Origin: Candidatus Woesearchaeota archaeon
GTDB taxonomy: Archaea > Nanobdellota > Nanobdellia > Woesearchaeales > DSVV01
Assembly: GCA_016192995.1 (NCBI GenBank)
Contig: JACPTB010000001.1
Location: 65,110-129,109, forward strand
Direction: 5' to 3'
Length of the DNA: 64,000 nt
In this document: positions 20,206 through 30,078 of the stretch, in pieces
How positions within the stretch are numbered: the first letter of the stretch is position 1
How the letters are laid out: every line of letters begins with the position of its first letter
Made by a program: the position numbers and the translations under genes
The notes under the pieces: model-generated
Databases searched by the model: none
What the model was told of the DNA's origin: nothing
Seen by the model: the letters and a program-made list of their open reading frames with translations, nothing else

Positions 20206-20517
20206 ATGGAATATGTATATGCTGCAATGCTTTTACATAAAGCAGGACATCAAATCAACGAAGCAAATGTTACGAAAGTACTAACAGCTGCAGGTGCTAA
20301 AGCTGAAGAAGCTAAAGTCAAAGCGCTTGTTGCTGCATTAGACGGCGTGAACATTGACGAAGCTATTAAGAAAGCTGCTGTTGCGCAAGTAGTAGCTGCT
20401 CCAGCTGCTGCTAGTGGAGAACATAAAGCAGAAGGCAAAAAAGAAGAAAAGAAAAAAGAAGATGACAAAAAAAGCAATGAAGCTGCAGCAGCAGGTTTAG
20501 GTGCTTTATTTGGTTAG
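20206..20517 (+). CDS. rpl12: Ribosomal stalk protein P1/L12
   Basis: [11 protein letters not shown] ... AGLGALFG; SD ggagg upstream. Confidence 0.97.
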   Translation: MEYVYAAMLLHKAGHQINEANVTKVLTAAGAKAEEAKVKALVAALDGVNIDEAIKKAAVAQVVAAPAAASGEHKAEGKKEEKKKEDDKKSNEAAAAGLGALFG

Positions 20518-20616
20518 GTCTATTAACTTTTTTTATTTTTTCTTTAAACAGCTTTCTGGATAGTAATGCAGTAAAAGATATGTTAAATAAGAGTATTGAA
20601 TAATGTGGTTTAGACT

Positions 20617-21507
20617 ATGACTGAATCAGTACATAAACAGGAACTTTTGAAACAGATGCATGCATTGAAGCAGGCTGTTCAGGAACTTAAAACTACGTGT
20701 AATAATCTTCATCAGGAGAAAGAGAAACTCTATGAAGAAAAGCAGAAAGTGGGCAATCATATTAAAGAATTAATTGGAACGTTAAAACAATCAAAAGAAA
20801 AGCGTGATTCTTTCACCCAATTGGTTAAAGATAAAAAAGTAAAGAGAGATGAACTGCACGATGCAGTTAAAAAGAAACTTGATGAATTAAAAGAATTGGA
20901 AAAACAGCGTGGAGAAGTATTGAAAAAAAAAAATATTACTGAGCATCCTTCTGAGATAAAACGAAAAATCAAGGCATTAGAATACAGAATAGAGACTTCA
21001 GGAATGTCGTTTGCTAAAGAACAGGAATCAATGAAGCAAATAAATTCATTAAAAAAAAGATATCAGGAAACAGCTGTTGCTTCTGAATTAAACCAGAAAA
21101 TTGCAACCCTTGAAAAAGAAGTCCGGCAATTAAAACAAGAAGCAAATCTTTCCCATCATGTCGTGCAAAGCACTGCCCAGGAAAGCCAGAAAAAACACGA
21201 AGAATTAGTAGGTTCTTCCAAAGAAGTGGAAGCTCTTCGAACCAAAGAAAAAGAGTTATACGATGCCTTTTCAAAGCTAAAACATGATTTTAATGAAAAA
21301 AATCATGAGCTTAAAGAGAAATTAAAGCAGTTAAACGAACTATATGCTCAATTAGATATGGATAAAGAATTTAAGAAGCATGAAAAACAAAAACATGATG
21401 AAGCTACCTTAGAAGAACGACGGAAACAAGTTGATGAAAAACTCAAAAAAGGCATGAAGTTAACAACCAAAGATATTATTGCATTCCAAGGAAATGATGA
21501 TAGTTGA
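20617..21507 (+). CDS. Archaeal coiled-coil protein (COG1340-like)
   Basis: Long K/E heptads; C-terminal KLKKGMKLTTKDI. Confidence 0.75.
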   Translation: MTESVHKQELLKQMHALKQAVQELKTTCNNLHQEKEKLYEEKQKVGNHIKELIGTLKQSKEKRDSFTQLVKDKKVKRDELHDAVKKKLDELKELEKQRGEVLKKKNITEHPSEIKRKIKALEYRIETSGMSFAKEQESMKQINSLKKRYQETAVASELNQKIATLEKEVRQLKQEANLSHHVVQSTAQESQKKHEELVGSSKEVEALRTKEKELYDAFSKLKHDFNEKNHELKEKLKQLNELYAQLDMDKEFKKHEKQKHDEATLEERRKQVDEKLKKGMKLTTKDIIAFQGNDDS

Positions 21508-21699
21508 AATTTCTTCAAATTTTCCGTAAAATTTTTTATTGTTAAGTTTTTTAACGGACATTTTTTCAATAAAACCGTAAATCTTCCGAAAAGTATGGGA
21601 GGATTTTCGGTTTTTTCGGCGATGGGTTTATTAAGGAGTTCTTCCTCTCATTAATATGCATGGAAACAAATATAACTAATAATAGAGGCGTTTACTAAA

Positions 21700-22536
21700 A
21701 TGAAACATGCTATCAAATTGTTCAATAATAAGAAGATTCGTGTTGAATGGGATTCCGAAAAAGAGAAGTGGTACTTCTCAATAGTAGATGTTATACATGT
21801 GCTTACTGAAAGTCCAAATCCACGGAAATATTGGAGTGTGCTAAAAACAAGGTTAAAAGTCGAGGGAAGTGAGTTGGCTACAAATTGTAGTCAACTGAAA
21901 ATGCTTTCATCTGATGGTAAATATTACAATACAGATGTTGCTGACACGGAACAATTGCTTCGCTTAATTCAGTCAATTCCATCTAAAAAGGCAGAGCCAT
22001 TCAAGATGTGGCTTGCAAGAGTTGGTCGTGAAAGAATTGATGAAACTGAAGATCCTGAACTTGCAATTGATAGAGCAATGTATTTATATTTACATAAAGG
22101 ATATTCTCTTGACTGGATAAATCAACGATTAAAAACAATTGAAGTGAGAAAACAGCTAACTGATGAATGGAATAGGGTTGGAATTACAAAACAAGAAGAT
22201 TATGCTATTTTGACAAACGAAATTACAAAAGCATGGTCTGAAAAGACAGTTAAGGAATATAAACAGTTAAAAGGATTGAAAAGAGAGAATTTAAGAGATA
22301 ATATGACAAATATTGAATTAATCCTAAACATGCTTGCAGAAGCAACAACAAAGGAGATCTCAGAAAAAGAAAATCCTGACTCTTTTGAACAAAGCAGAGA
22401 AATTGCAAAAGAAGGTGGAAAAACTGCAAAAGTTGCAAAAGATAGAATAGAAAAAAGATTAGGTCAAAAAGTGGTTAATTCTAAGAATGCTAAAAAAATT
22501 CATTACAGCGATAAAAAGTGGATTAAGGATGTTTGA
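21700..22536 (+). CDS. Bro-N domain DNA-binding protein
   Basis: WYFSIVDVI, PRKYWSVLKTRL, LRLIQSIPSKKAEPFKMWLA, NLRDNMT. Confidence 0.88.
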   Translation: MKHAIKLFNNKKIRVEWDSEKEKWYFSIVDVIHVLTESPNPRKYWSVLKTRLKVEGSELATNCSQLKMLSSDGKYYNTDVADTEQLLRLIQSIPSKKAEPFKMWLARVGRERIDETEDPELAIDRAMYLYLHKGYSLDWINQRLKTIEVRKQLTDEWNRVGITKQEDYAILTNEITKAWSEKTVKEYKQLKGLKRENLRDNMTNIELILNMLAEATTKEISEKENPDSFEQSREIAKEGGKTAKVAKDRIEKRLGQKVVNSKNAKKIHYSDKKWIKDV

Positions 22537-22611
22537 GATTGAAACAAAGATGATTTTCAAGATAAACTAATTAATAATTAATCAAAATTAATAAAAAGAA
22601 ATTTAAACTCT

Positions 22612-22788
22612 CTATTTTCTCTCCATATACTGGCATTTGCCACAGGTCAATCGATCTTTGTGGTTAGCAAGCGCATAGCCAACACCGCATTTTGGGCAGT
22701 GTTTATTATTTCGCTGCAATTTATCGCCGCTTACCATGTATCTTTTTGGTCCTGATTTTTTTCCTTTTGGTTCTTTTTTTTCTGCCAT
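22612..22788 (-). CDS. rps27ae: Ribosomal protein eS31 (S27ae)
   Basis: CPKCGVGYALANHKDRLTCGKC. Confidence 0.93.
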   Translation of the reverse strand: MAEKKEPKGKKSGPKRYMVSGDKLQRNNKHCPKCGVGYALANHKDRLTCGKCQYMERK

Positions 22789-22817
22789 ACATATCACATA
22801 TTTTGATGTTAAACGAT

Positions 22818-23150
22818 TTATGCTGCTGCTGGTTTTGCTTCTTTCACTTCAGCAGAACCTTCTTGTTTTTCCTGATGTTTTGCTACTAATTTTTTATGTT
22901 CAAATTTTTCAAGAACGTCTCGTTTTTCATAAACATTAACAATCACCTTTACTACTCTATCACCAAACTGCGGATAAAGATGTTTGATAATAACCAATGA
23001 AGGATCTACTTTTAATTGTTTAGCTAGCAGATTTCTGATGGTTAGCCTGGAAGGAGTTGCAGCTTCAGCAGTAAGCTTAGCAGTTACTCTTTTTCTTGAT
23101 AATAAAGGAGTATCTTTTTGTTTGAGAATTTCAATGTTCATAATGTTCAC
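22818..23150 (-). CDS. rps24e: Ribosomal protein eS24
   Basis: PLLSRKRV, ATPSR, FG motifs; conserved operon position. Confidence 0.92.
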   Translation of the reverse strand: MNIMNIEILKQKDTPLLSRKRVTAKLTAEAATPSRLTIRNLLAKQLKVDPSLVIIKHLYPQFGDRVVKVIVNVYEKRDVLEKFEHKKLVAKHQEKQEGSAEVKEAKPAAA

Positions 23151-23332
23151 CTTACCTTTATGGCATATTCTCCTTTTTGGTCAATAGCCATTTTTTTAGC
23201 AATCACTGATTTTTCAGGATTCATAATAATAATTCTTCCTTTCCAGCTTGGTGTGTAATCGTCAGCATTTTCTTTAACGTCACTAGCATCCATAATCATT
23301 TTTGTTTGTTTATGCGCAATTTTTTTACCCAT
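23147..23332 (-). CDS. spt4: Transcription elongation factor Spt4 (RpoE''), lacking zinc-binding Cys
   Basis: WKGRIIIMNPEKSVIAKKM...GEYAIKVR; follows rpo7. Confidence 0.88.
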   Translation of the reverse strand: MGKKIAHKQTKMIMDASDVKENADDYTPSWKGRIIIMNPEKSVIAKKMAIDQKGEYAIKVR

Positions 23333-23354
23333 GAATTTCCCTCATCAAGATTAG

Positions 23355-23963
23355 TTATTCTTTTTTACCTTCTTTACTTTCTCCTTTAGACTTATGTTCC
23401 TTAGATTCTTTAGCTTCAGATGGAACAGATCCTTTTTTTTCATCATACCATTCAAGCTTGCCTAAGCCAGTCTGCCTCATCGTTAGCCCTAATTTAGGAT
23501 TGCTGACATCAGTATAACTAACTGCAATAATTCGCGCTCTGCAAGTATCTCCAATTTTTAAGGCACGTTTGCTGTCTCTGCCAGTTAATACTTTGTCTTT
23601 TCCAAAACTAACAAAATCATCCATGGTTTGTGAAATATGAATCATCCCATCAATTGGTCCTATGGAAATAAATGCACCAAAATCAGCAATGTCTTTAACT
23701 TTGCCAACAACTACTTCCTGAAGTTCAGGTTTAAAGGTTAGAATGCTAAAGGTAACGGTGTGATATGCTGCTCCATCACCATGGATGATAACGCCTTCTT
23801 TTATTTCTTTGACTTCATCAACATCAATGACAATCCCTAATTCTTTAGAAATATAACCTTCATACTTTTTCTTCAGCATTTGAATAACTGAAGATGATAA
23901 TTCTAAATTGAATAACTCAGGTGGAACCCTGATGTGATCAGATAAAGTCATTTTATAATACAT
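23355..23963 (-). CDS. rpoE1: RNA polymerase subunit Rpo7 (E')
   Basis: IRVPP, GDGAAY, FGAFISIGPIDGMIHISQ, LTMRQTGLGKLEW. Confidence 0.96.
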   Translation of the reverse strand: MYYKMTLSDHIRVPPELFNLELSSSVIQMLKKKYEGYISKELGIVIDVDEVKEIKEGVIIHGDGAAYHTVTFSILTFKPELQEVVVGKVKDIADFGAFISIGPIDGMIHISQTMDDFVSFGKDKVLTGRDSKRALKIGDTCRARIIAVSYTDVSNPKLGLTMRQTGLGKLEWYDEKKGSVPSEAKESKEHKSKGESKEGKKE

Positions 23964-23966
23964 AGA

Positions 23967-24350
23967 TTACGCCTCAATTAGTTGAATATACTTCTTTTGC
24001 CGTAGCACTAATACGTTTTTAAGCTTCCTTTTTAAATCTTTGTCTTGTGTAGCTATGATATACTCATCTTTGAGATGAACAAGGATATCATCAACATAGT
24101 CTTGTGAAGGTATGGTGAGGATTTTAATCTTTTTAGCTTGGACAAGCTTTAAGGCAAGCTGAGCAGCCTGTTTATCTTTTCCTGTTTGTTGTTCTACGAT
24201 CTTTTTAAGCTCTTCTAAGCTTTTATCAAGCACATAAAGTTCATAGTTGAAATTACAGGTATTTTCAAGCTCTCTGAATATATCTACTCCTAGTGAACCA
24301 GGTATGAGTAAAAAATTGGTGTCTAATAGGATTTTCTTGCCATCTGGCAT
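23967..24350 (-). CDS. PIN-domain protein (Fcf1/Utp24-like)
   Basis: LLDTNFLL, VDD, IATQDKDLK; conserved position upstream of rpo7. Confidence 0.88.
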   Translation of the reverse strand: MPDGKKILLDTNFLLIPGSLGVDIFRELENTCNFNYELYVLDKSLEELKKIVEQQTGKDKQAAQLALKLVQAKKIKILTIPSQDYVDDILVHLKDEYIIATQDKDLKRKLKNVLVLRQKKYIQLIEA

Positions 24351-24396
24351 ATAAAAATAACGTTTTTGAAGTCATTTATAAATGTTTTCTTAAGTG

Positions 24397-24466
24397 TGCT
24401 GTGTTGCATAATTATTCCATACCTTTGGTTAAACCCAAAGGTATGGAATAATTATGCAACACAGCA
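24397..24466. repeat. Perfect 32-bp inverted repeat
   Basis: tgctgtgttgcataattattccatacctttgg-ttaaac-ccaaaggtatggaataattatgcaacacagca between divergent genes. Confidence 0.92.
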
Positions 24467-24510
24467 AAGGATAAACAATCTTTTTAAATAATTATGTTAT
24501 TCTTTATTGA

Positions 24511-25113
24511 ATGTTAGCACAAGCAGGAGATTTGGAAGGAATGTTAAGAGGAACTTCTTCTGATCCTACTATTGCTGAACATAGGGAAAAAAGAAATTTA
24601 TTAGCAAATATCAGAACAAAAATCATTGATATATCTGATTGGACTGAAAAAGTCTTTTTAGCATATGATGATGTCCGAGCAATGAGTACTGATGAGCATG
24701 GTCAAGATCAGTCTGGTTTTAGATCAGTATTGGGAGATGTTAACCGACAAATTTGTTATCCTTTGGAGCGTATCAGTGCGCAATTAAATGCTTATCTTCG
24801 TGTTCTTGATGATCCTGAAATAGGAAAGACATATTCTAAATGGCATCCTTTCAAAGCAAAATATGTTCGAGAAGTTACTCACGCTGCTGCAGAAATTTAC
24901 AGACAATTAGGCTTAGGTAAATTACAAGAATTAGATGAAATAACCGAAAGAACTCATGCTAATGGTTATAGTGGTATAGCAGCAGCGTTAGGATCTTTTA
25001 TTGATCATGTATCAGGAAAAACAGAAACTCCTGAAAAACAAGGATGGAGAGATTATATTGTATTGAAAATAATAATTGATCGTTATCAAATGGTTTTAAA
25101 GGATTTAAAATAA
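24511..25113 (+). CDS. Hypothetical protein
   Basis: 200-aa ORF with TATA-like tttttaaa upstream; no recognised motif. Confidence 0.65.
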   Translation: MLAQAGDLEGMLRGTSSDPTIAEHREKRNLLANIRTKIIDISDWTEKVFLAYDDVRAMSTDEHGQDQSGFRSVLGDVNRQICYPLERISAQLNAYLRVLDDPEIGKTYSKWHPFKAKYVREVTHAAAEIYRQLGLGKLQELDEITERTHANGYSGIAAALGSFIDHVSGKTETPEKQGWRDYIVLKIIIDRYQMVLKDLK

Positions 25114-25173
25114 TAGGTTTATTTAATGGCAACAAGAGAAACATTACGTGAAAGAACGAAAAGAAAACATATG

Positions 25174-25199
25174 AAACCTAAAGAAGACTTATTATGTAT
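25174..25199 (+). mobile_element. Remnant right end of a subtype A element
   Basis: aaacctaaagaagacttattatgtat versus A end aaacctaaagaagacttattacgtac. Confidence 0.7.
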
Positions 25200-25201
25200 G
25201 G

Positions 25202-25537
25202 GGCTTCATCCAAAAAATGGCTGCGCCAGGTTAGCGCCTTCGAAACTTTGCATATTTCAATCGCATAAACAGTCACGCTCCGAAGAAGCCGTCCCTCTGA
25301 TCTCTTTAAACAGCTCTGTCCCGAATCTCGGCTAACGCCTCGGTTTTGGTGCGGTGATTATCCCACTTATTGATAAGAAGGAAAAAATTCCCATTGTAAT
25401 CTCCTTTTTTCTAGATTATTTATTTTAAAGATAATCACCAGCATGGCACCAAAAACTTTATTCGGGACAGAGCCCTTTAAACCGGTACTGTAAAGAGTTT
25501 CGACCTGAGGGCGCTAACCTCATTTTTGGATGAAGCC
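25202..25537 (-). mobile_element. Palindromic MITE-like element, subtype B copy 2, containing a nested subtype C
   Basis: IR ggcttcatccaaaaa/tttttggatgaagcc; perfect 9-bp TSD tatgtatgg. Confidence 0.9.
25312..25474 (-). mobile_element. Palindromic MITE-like element, subtype C copy 3 (nested in B2)
   Basis: IR (a)gctctgtcccgaat/attcgggacagagcc; duplicates ctttaaac, which is single-copy in the uninterrupted B3. Confidence 0.9.
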
Positions 25538-26778
25538 TATGTATGGGAAGAGTTTTTATTTTCTATTCCTTTTCCCAACCAAAATCGAGTAAAAGGAGCA
25601 ACTATGGTTGCAAACACTAATGAGTATAACACAAACAAGACCATTAAATCAATAATACTTTTTAATTCTGGATATACTGCAATTTGCGTTGATAGCACAA
25701 ATATCACGGTCGCTATACCAATACCTTTTGGCATAATTAGGGTCATGAATAGTCTTTCTTTAAAAGTGCTTTTATCATGCATGGATGAGATATAAACTGC
25801 AAGGAACCGAATTAAAATATAAATCCCAAATAATTTTAAAGAATTTAAGAAGAATATCAAATTGATTCCGGTAATCTTAAATCCAATCCCTACCAGAATA
25901 AAAACAAGAATCATCAAAAAGTTTCCAAATAATGTTGGAAATGAATAGAGTTCTTTTTTCTGTTCAACATAATAATTGCCAAAAAATAAACCAGTGACTG
26001 TAACTGCTAGTATACCGTTCCCACCAAGATGTTCTGCAAGAATATATGCTAAAAATGCTGAGCCAATTAATAACAACGGTGAAAAACTTTCTGGAACTCC
26101 TTTTTTGAATATCTTTCCAAGAATTAACCCTATAATGACACCAGCGCCAATTCCAACGACAAATTGGCTGATAAATGGTTTTAACTGTTCAAATAACGTA
26201 GTTAGTAACAGAGTTTTTCCTTGACTTTCATCCGATGAAACCGAAAGCGCTTTCATCAAGTCAAGAATAATAAATGGAATAAGTACTGTTAAAGGAGTAT
26301 TAATAATTGATTCTATACGAAGAAGTTCGATTATTTTATTTCCTTGATGGTTTTTGAAGAGGTTTAAACAAACATCAGCAGCAGTTGCTCCCATAGTGGC
26401 AGCAAAAATAAGAATCAAGAATAGATTATCAAGATAAAACAAGTAGGAAACTGCAATACTAAGCAAGAATGCATTGACAAAAAGAAAAACAATAGCTAGT
26501 TTCAAGGCTTTTCCTGTTAATTGATCTACTAATTTCCACTTAAACCTTGCTGAGCTATCAAAAACAATAATTACCAATGCTATGATTGCGATAATAGTTA
26601 AAAAAGCAGGTGGAAAATCAAACAATGCCCTTCCAGGAAAGGTAATTTGTGTTAATCCAATGCCTGCAAGAATTAATAATAATACATTTGAAATTCTCAA
26701 GTATCGAGCAAGAACTGTACACATAATTCCAACAAACAAGATAATAGTAAGATCAGTAAGGAATGGTAATGACTCCAT
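25537..26778 (-). CDS. CPA1/NhaP-type cation:proton antiporter
   Basis: About 12 TM helices, LRIESIINT, GNGILAV, MPKGI. Confidence 0.85.
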   Translation of the reverse strand: MESLPFLTDLTIILFVGIMCTVLARYLRISNVLLLILAGIGLTQITFPGRALFDFPPAFLTIIAIIALVIIVFDSSARFKWKLVDQLTGKALKLAIVFLFVNAFLLSIAVSYLFYLDNLFLILIFAATMGATAADVCLNLFKNHQGNKIIELLRIESIINTPLTVLIPFIILDLMKALSVSSDESQGKTLLLTTLFEQLKPFISQFVVGIGAGVIIGLILGKIFKKGVPESFSPLLLIGSAFLAYILAEHLGGNGILAVTVTGLFFGNYYVEQKKELYSFPTLFGNFLMILVFILVGIGFKITGINLIFFLNSLKLFGIYILIRFLAVYISSMHDKSTFKERLFMTLIMPKGIGIATVIFVLSTQIAVYPELKSIIDLMVLFVLYSLVFATIVAPFTRFWLGKGIENKNSSHT

Positions 26779-26869
26779 GATTATTCTACGAAAAAGAAGA
26801 TTTATATGTTTTTTGGATAAGTAAATTGGAAAGTTTTAACAGTTCTAAGTGCAGAACTCCATTCTCCGA

Positions 26870-28084
26870 TTACCCCTTTAGTAACCACTTCCAGACGGGA
26901 ATTGCTATTATTGTTTTATCTCCAATTATAAATTTATCTTCTTGATTATAAGTTAAAATTAATCCTTCTTTCAGCTTAAATTTCTTCATGGCGCTAACTA
27001 AGCCAGTTATTTCCCTCTCCCTACTATTTTCATTAAGTTCATAGCAAACCTGCATGGCTTTGACAATTTTTAGACCTTCTCTAATTAAAAAATCACATCC
27101 ATTTTCTTCTTGAAAGTAGAATATCTCTTTATTTTTCCTTCTTAAATTGATAAAAACAAGGTTTTCAAGCAGCCGACCCCGGTCATCAAAGAAAGAAGCA
27201 GAATTTTTGGCTGCAAAACCATTATCTATTGCATAAATTTTCTTAGGATTAACCAGCATTTTTTTCAGAGAATAATCGAATCGCTGAATAGTGAACAGCA
27301 GGTAGGTGTTTTCAAAATAAGAGATAAAAGCTATGACTGTATTAATCGAACCTAATTTAAAATTCTTTTTAAGAGAGTTATACGTAAAGGGCTTCCCAAT
27401 ATTTGTCAAGAGATAAGTAGCCAGGTCTTTCAATATTTTTTGGTTTCTTAGTTGATACCTAGTTATAATATCTCTAGCAAGTATATCCTTCAGTAATTCT
27501 TGAAGAACATCCGGTCTTTTTAGTTTTAAATATTCTGCAAAACCACCCTCAGAGAAATATTCTTCAAATGAAACTAAGGAGGGTTTCTCTTTTTTAAGCC
27601 TTAGAAATTCTCTAAATGAGAACGGAAATAATTCATGATTTAAGTGTCTCCCTGTTAGTTTTGTTCCGAGTTCCTGACTTAAAAGAGACGCATTAGAACC
27701 CGTAATTATCACGTGTTTCTTCAGGTCAACCAGTCTTCTTACAAAAATCTCCCATTTAGCAATATTCTGAATTTCGTCAAAAAAATAATAATTCTGTTCT
27801 TTATACTCTTCGTGAAAGACTTGGTCTAATTTTTCAAAATCACCTATATCAAACTCTCCGGCTCGTGAGTCCTCAAAATTAAAATAGTAGAATCCTTTCA
27901 GATTTTTCATCAATTGCAGAAGCAAGGTGCTTTTTCCACATCTTCGTATTCCTGATAAAATCAAAGCAAAAGGCACATTTAAATCGATAGTTGATATATC
28001 TTCCCTCTCTATGCCTAGATCAAATAAGGCCATTTCTTCTCTTTGCAATCTTACCAGTCTTCTAAGTGTTTCTTTATCTATCAT
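26870..28084 (-). CDS. AAA ATPase with C-terminal nuclease-like domain (AAA_14/DUF4143 type)
   Basis: GIRRCGKST, FFDEIQ, ITGSNAS, LTGR, KKIYAIDNG, LENLV, QVCY. Confidence 0.9.
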   Translation of the reverse strand: MIDKETLRRLVRLQREEMALFDLGIEREDISTIDLNVPFALILSGIRRCGKSTLLLQLMKNLKGFYYFNFEDSRAGEFDIGDFEKLDQVFHEEYKEQNYYFFDEIQNIAKWEIFVRRLVDLKKHVIITGSNASLLSQELGTKLTGRHLNHELFPFSFREFLRLKKEKPSLVSFEEYFSEGGFAEYLKLKRPDVLQELLKDILARDIITRYQLRNQKILKDLATYLLTNIGKPFTYNSLKKNFKLGSINTVIAFISYFENTYLLFTIQRFDYSLKKMLVNPKKIYAIDNGFAAKNSASFFDDRGRLLENLVFINLRRKNKEIFYFQEENGCDFLIREGLKIVKAMQVCYELNENSREREITGLVSAMKKFKLKEGLILTYNQEDKFIIGDKTIIAIPVWKWLLKG

Positions 28085-28298
28085 GTAACTTTCTAATACA
28101 TTTAGATTTATAAATGTTTGCATTGCTAATGAACAATAGTGTTCATTACTAATGAATACAAATGGATTTTAGAAGCACGTTTATTATTGCGACCTTCGGT
28201 TGCAATAATGATACTTGCACTGGTGTTCGCAAGTTTGTTTTTACTATTTGTCAATAATAATAAAGCTTAATATAAGGTAGAATATAAAATAAGGGTTT

Positions 28299-29756
28299 AT
28301 GGGGAATATATTACTTGGGATTGCCATATTCTTAGTAGTTCTAGCTATTTCTATTTTTCTCCGGCATTACTTTAAATATCGTTTTTTTAAGAACATAAAG
28401 TTCTTTGCAGATGCAACTCCAGCTTTAACAAAATGGTTATTTTTTATTATTTTAACACTCGGACTGCATATTGCATTTCTCGTTTCTGACATTGATAGCA
28501 ATCTTCTGTTATTAGTTAAAGCAGCGGAAATACTGCTTATCGCAAGGTTATTATGCATTGCTTCTAATGCCATAGCTGATTATTCAACGTCATTATGGGG
28601 AAAAACAATTGGTTTTAGAAACCGCATTAAACTAATCAAATTATTTAATGTTCTCACAAAAACAGCAATAGTTGTATTGGCAATTGACATACTTTTAGGA
28701 TTATGGGGAATTGATATTTTCACCAAAGGTTTTGATATCATTAATATTATCCAGCAAAATAATTTTACTAAAGCATTGATTTTACTCATTATTTATTTAA
28801 TTATTGCGCGATTAGTATTGTATCTTTGTAAAACCTATTTCACTGAAGTTGTTCACGATACTAAAACAAAATTCGATGATCTTATCCTAGAAAAAAGCGA
28901 GTATAGCATTTCTTGGCTTATTGTCTGCTATGGGTTAAAAGTTACGTTAAAAACAATGGGATATCAGGGAACAATTATTACCGTAGTCAATACCTTTATT
29001 GTGATCATAGTTGCTCTCACGTTCATTGCAATTATTGAAAGCCTTATTCGTTATGTAAAATATAAAACTGCCTCAGCAATGAATGAGGAAAGTATTCAGG
29101 TTTTTGCAAATATCAGCAAAATCATTAGTATTCTTATTGCATTATTTACTATATTAGTATTATGGGGCATTGAAATCAAATCACTTCTCTTAAGTTTAGG
29201 AGTATTAAGCGTCGTGATAGGTTTTGCTTTAAGAAGCACGCTTGATAATATGATAAGCGGCATTTCAATGATGTTAGACCAAAGTTTTTCAGTAGGTGAT
29301 ATTGTCAAAGTAGGCGAAAATGAAGTTGGTGAAGTTGCGCAAATTGGCTTGCGATCAACTAAGATAAAAACTCTTGATCATCAGTACCTTATTGTTCCTA
29401 ACGCAGAACTTGCAACAAAAACAATCATTAATTTTGCAAAACCAGATCCTAAAATACGAGTAGTCATCCCTGCGGCAGTTGCTTATGGTTCAGATACTGT
29501 CAAGGTGGAAAAAGTATTGAGAAATTGTTTAAAAGGATTTCCTCATCTTGTTGACCCTGACAAAGCAGATGTAAGAATGATAAAAATGAGCGATTTTTCA
29601 CTTGATTATCAGGTTATTTTTTTCATTGATAATTATCGCGAGCGATTTAAAGCAGTTCATAGCATGACGAACAAAATATACGCAGCATTACGAAAGAACA
29701 AGCTCGAAATACCATTTCCTACAAGAACTGTTTATTTAAGAAAGGGAAAACGATAA
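28299..29756 (+). CDS. mscS: Small-conductance mechanosensitive channel with extra TM segments
   Basis: GFAL...N.ISG, IGLRSTKI, VPN, IPFPTR. Confidence 0.9.
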   Translation: MGNILLGIAIFLVVLAISIFLRHYFKYRFFKNIKFFADATPALTKWLFFIILTLGLHIAFLVSDIDSNLLLLVKAAEILLIARLLCIASNAIADYSTSLWGKTIGFRNRIKLIKLFNVLTKTAIVVLAIDILLGLWGIDIFTKGFDIINIIQQNNFTKALILLIIYLIIARLVLYLCKTYFTEVVHDTKTKFDDLILEKSEYSISWLIVCYGLKVTLKTMGYQGTIITVVNTFIVIIVALTFIAIIESLIRYVKYKTASAMNEESIQVFANISKIISILIALFTILVLWGIEIKSLLLSLGVLSVVIGFALRSTLDNMISGISMMLDQSFSVGDIVKVGENEVGEVAQIGLRSTKIKTLDHQYLIVPNAELATKTIINFAKPDPKIRVVIPAAVAYGSDTVKVEKVLRNCLKGFPHLVDPDKADVRMIKMSDFSLDYQVIFFIDNYRERFKAVHSMTNKIYAALRKNKLEIPFPTRTVYLRKGKR

Positions 29757-29811
29757 AGTATGAATCGAAAGTTATTTATAATAGTAAGGCATAACTTACT
29801 TAGGTGATAGT

Positions 29812-30078
29812 ATGGAATATGCAATAGCAAAAGTAAGTACAAAAGGACAAATAGTTATTCCGACCTCATTAAGGGACAATGTAAAAACAGGAGACGAATT
29901 TCTTATGATAAGAGATGAGGGGAGAATTATATTAAAAAGTATGAAATCTCTTGCTTTAAATCTACGCGACGATCTTGCATTTGCTGAAGAAGTAGAGAAA
30001 GCATGGCAGGAATATGACAAAGGGAAATTTCAAAAAAAATCTAAGGAAGATTTTCTCAAGGAGTTACAAGCATGTTAG
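29812..30078 (+). CDS. AbrB/MazE-family antitoxin
   Basis: KVSTKGQIVIPTSLR; palindrome agtaag-N6-cttact upstream; overlaps toxin start. Confidence 0.88.
   Translation: MEYAIAKVSTKGQIVIPTSLRDNVKTGDEFLMIRDEGRIILKSMKSLALNLRDDLAFAEEVEKAWQEYDKGKFQKKSKEDFLKELQAC

Noticed and set aside
25126-25335. Short ORFs overlapping elements (also 14285, 15708, 18332, 33041, 33054, 11798)
   Set aside because: They translate element DNA, share peptides such as KPKEDLL only for that reason, and have no consistent start or frame.
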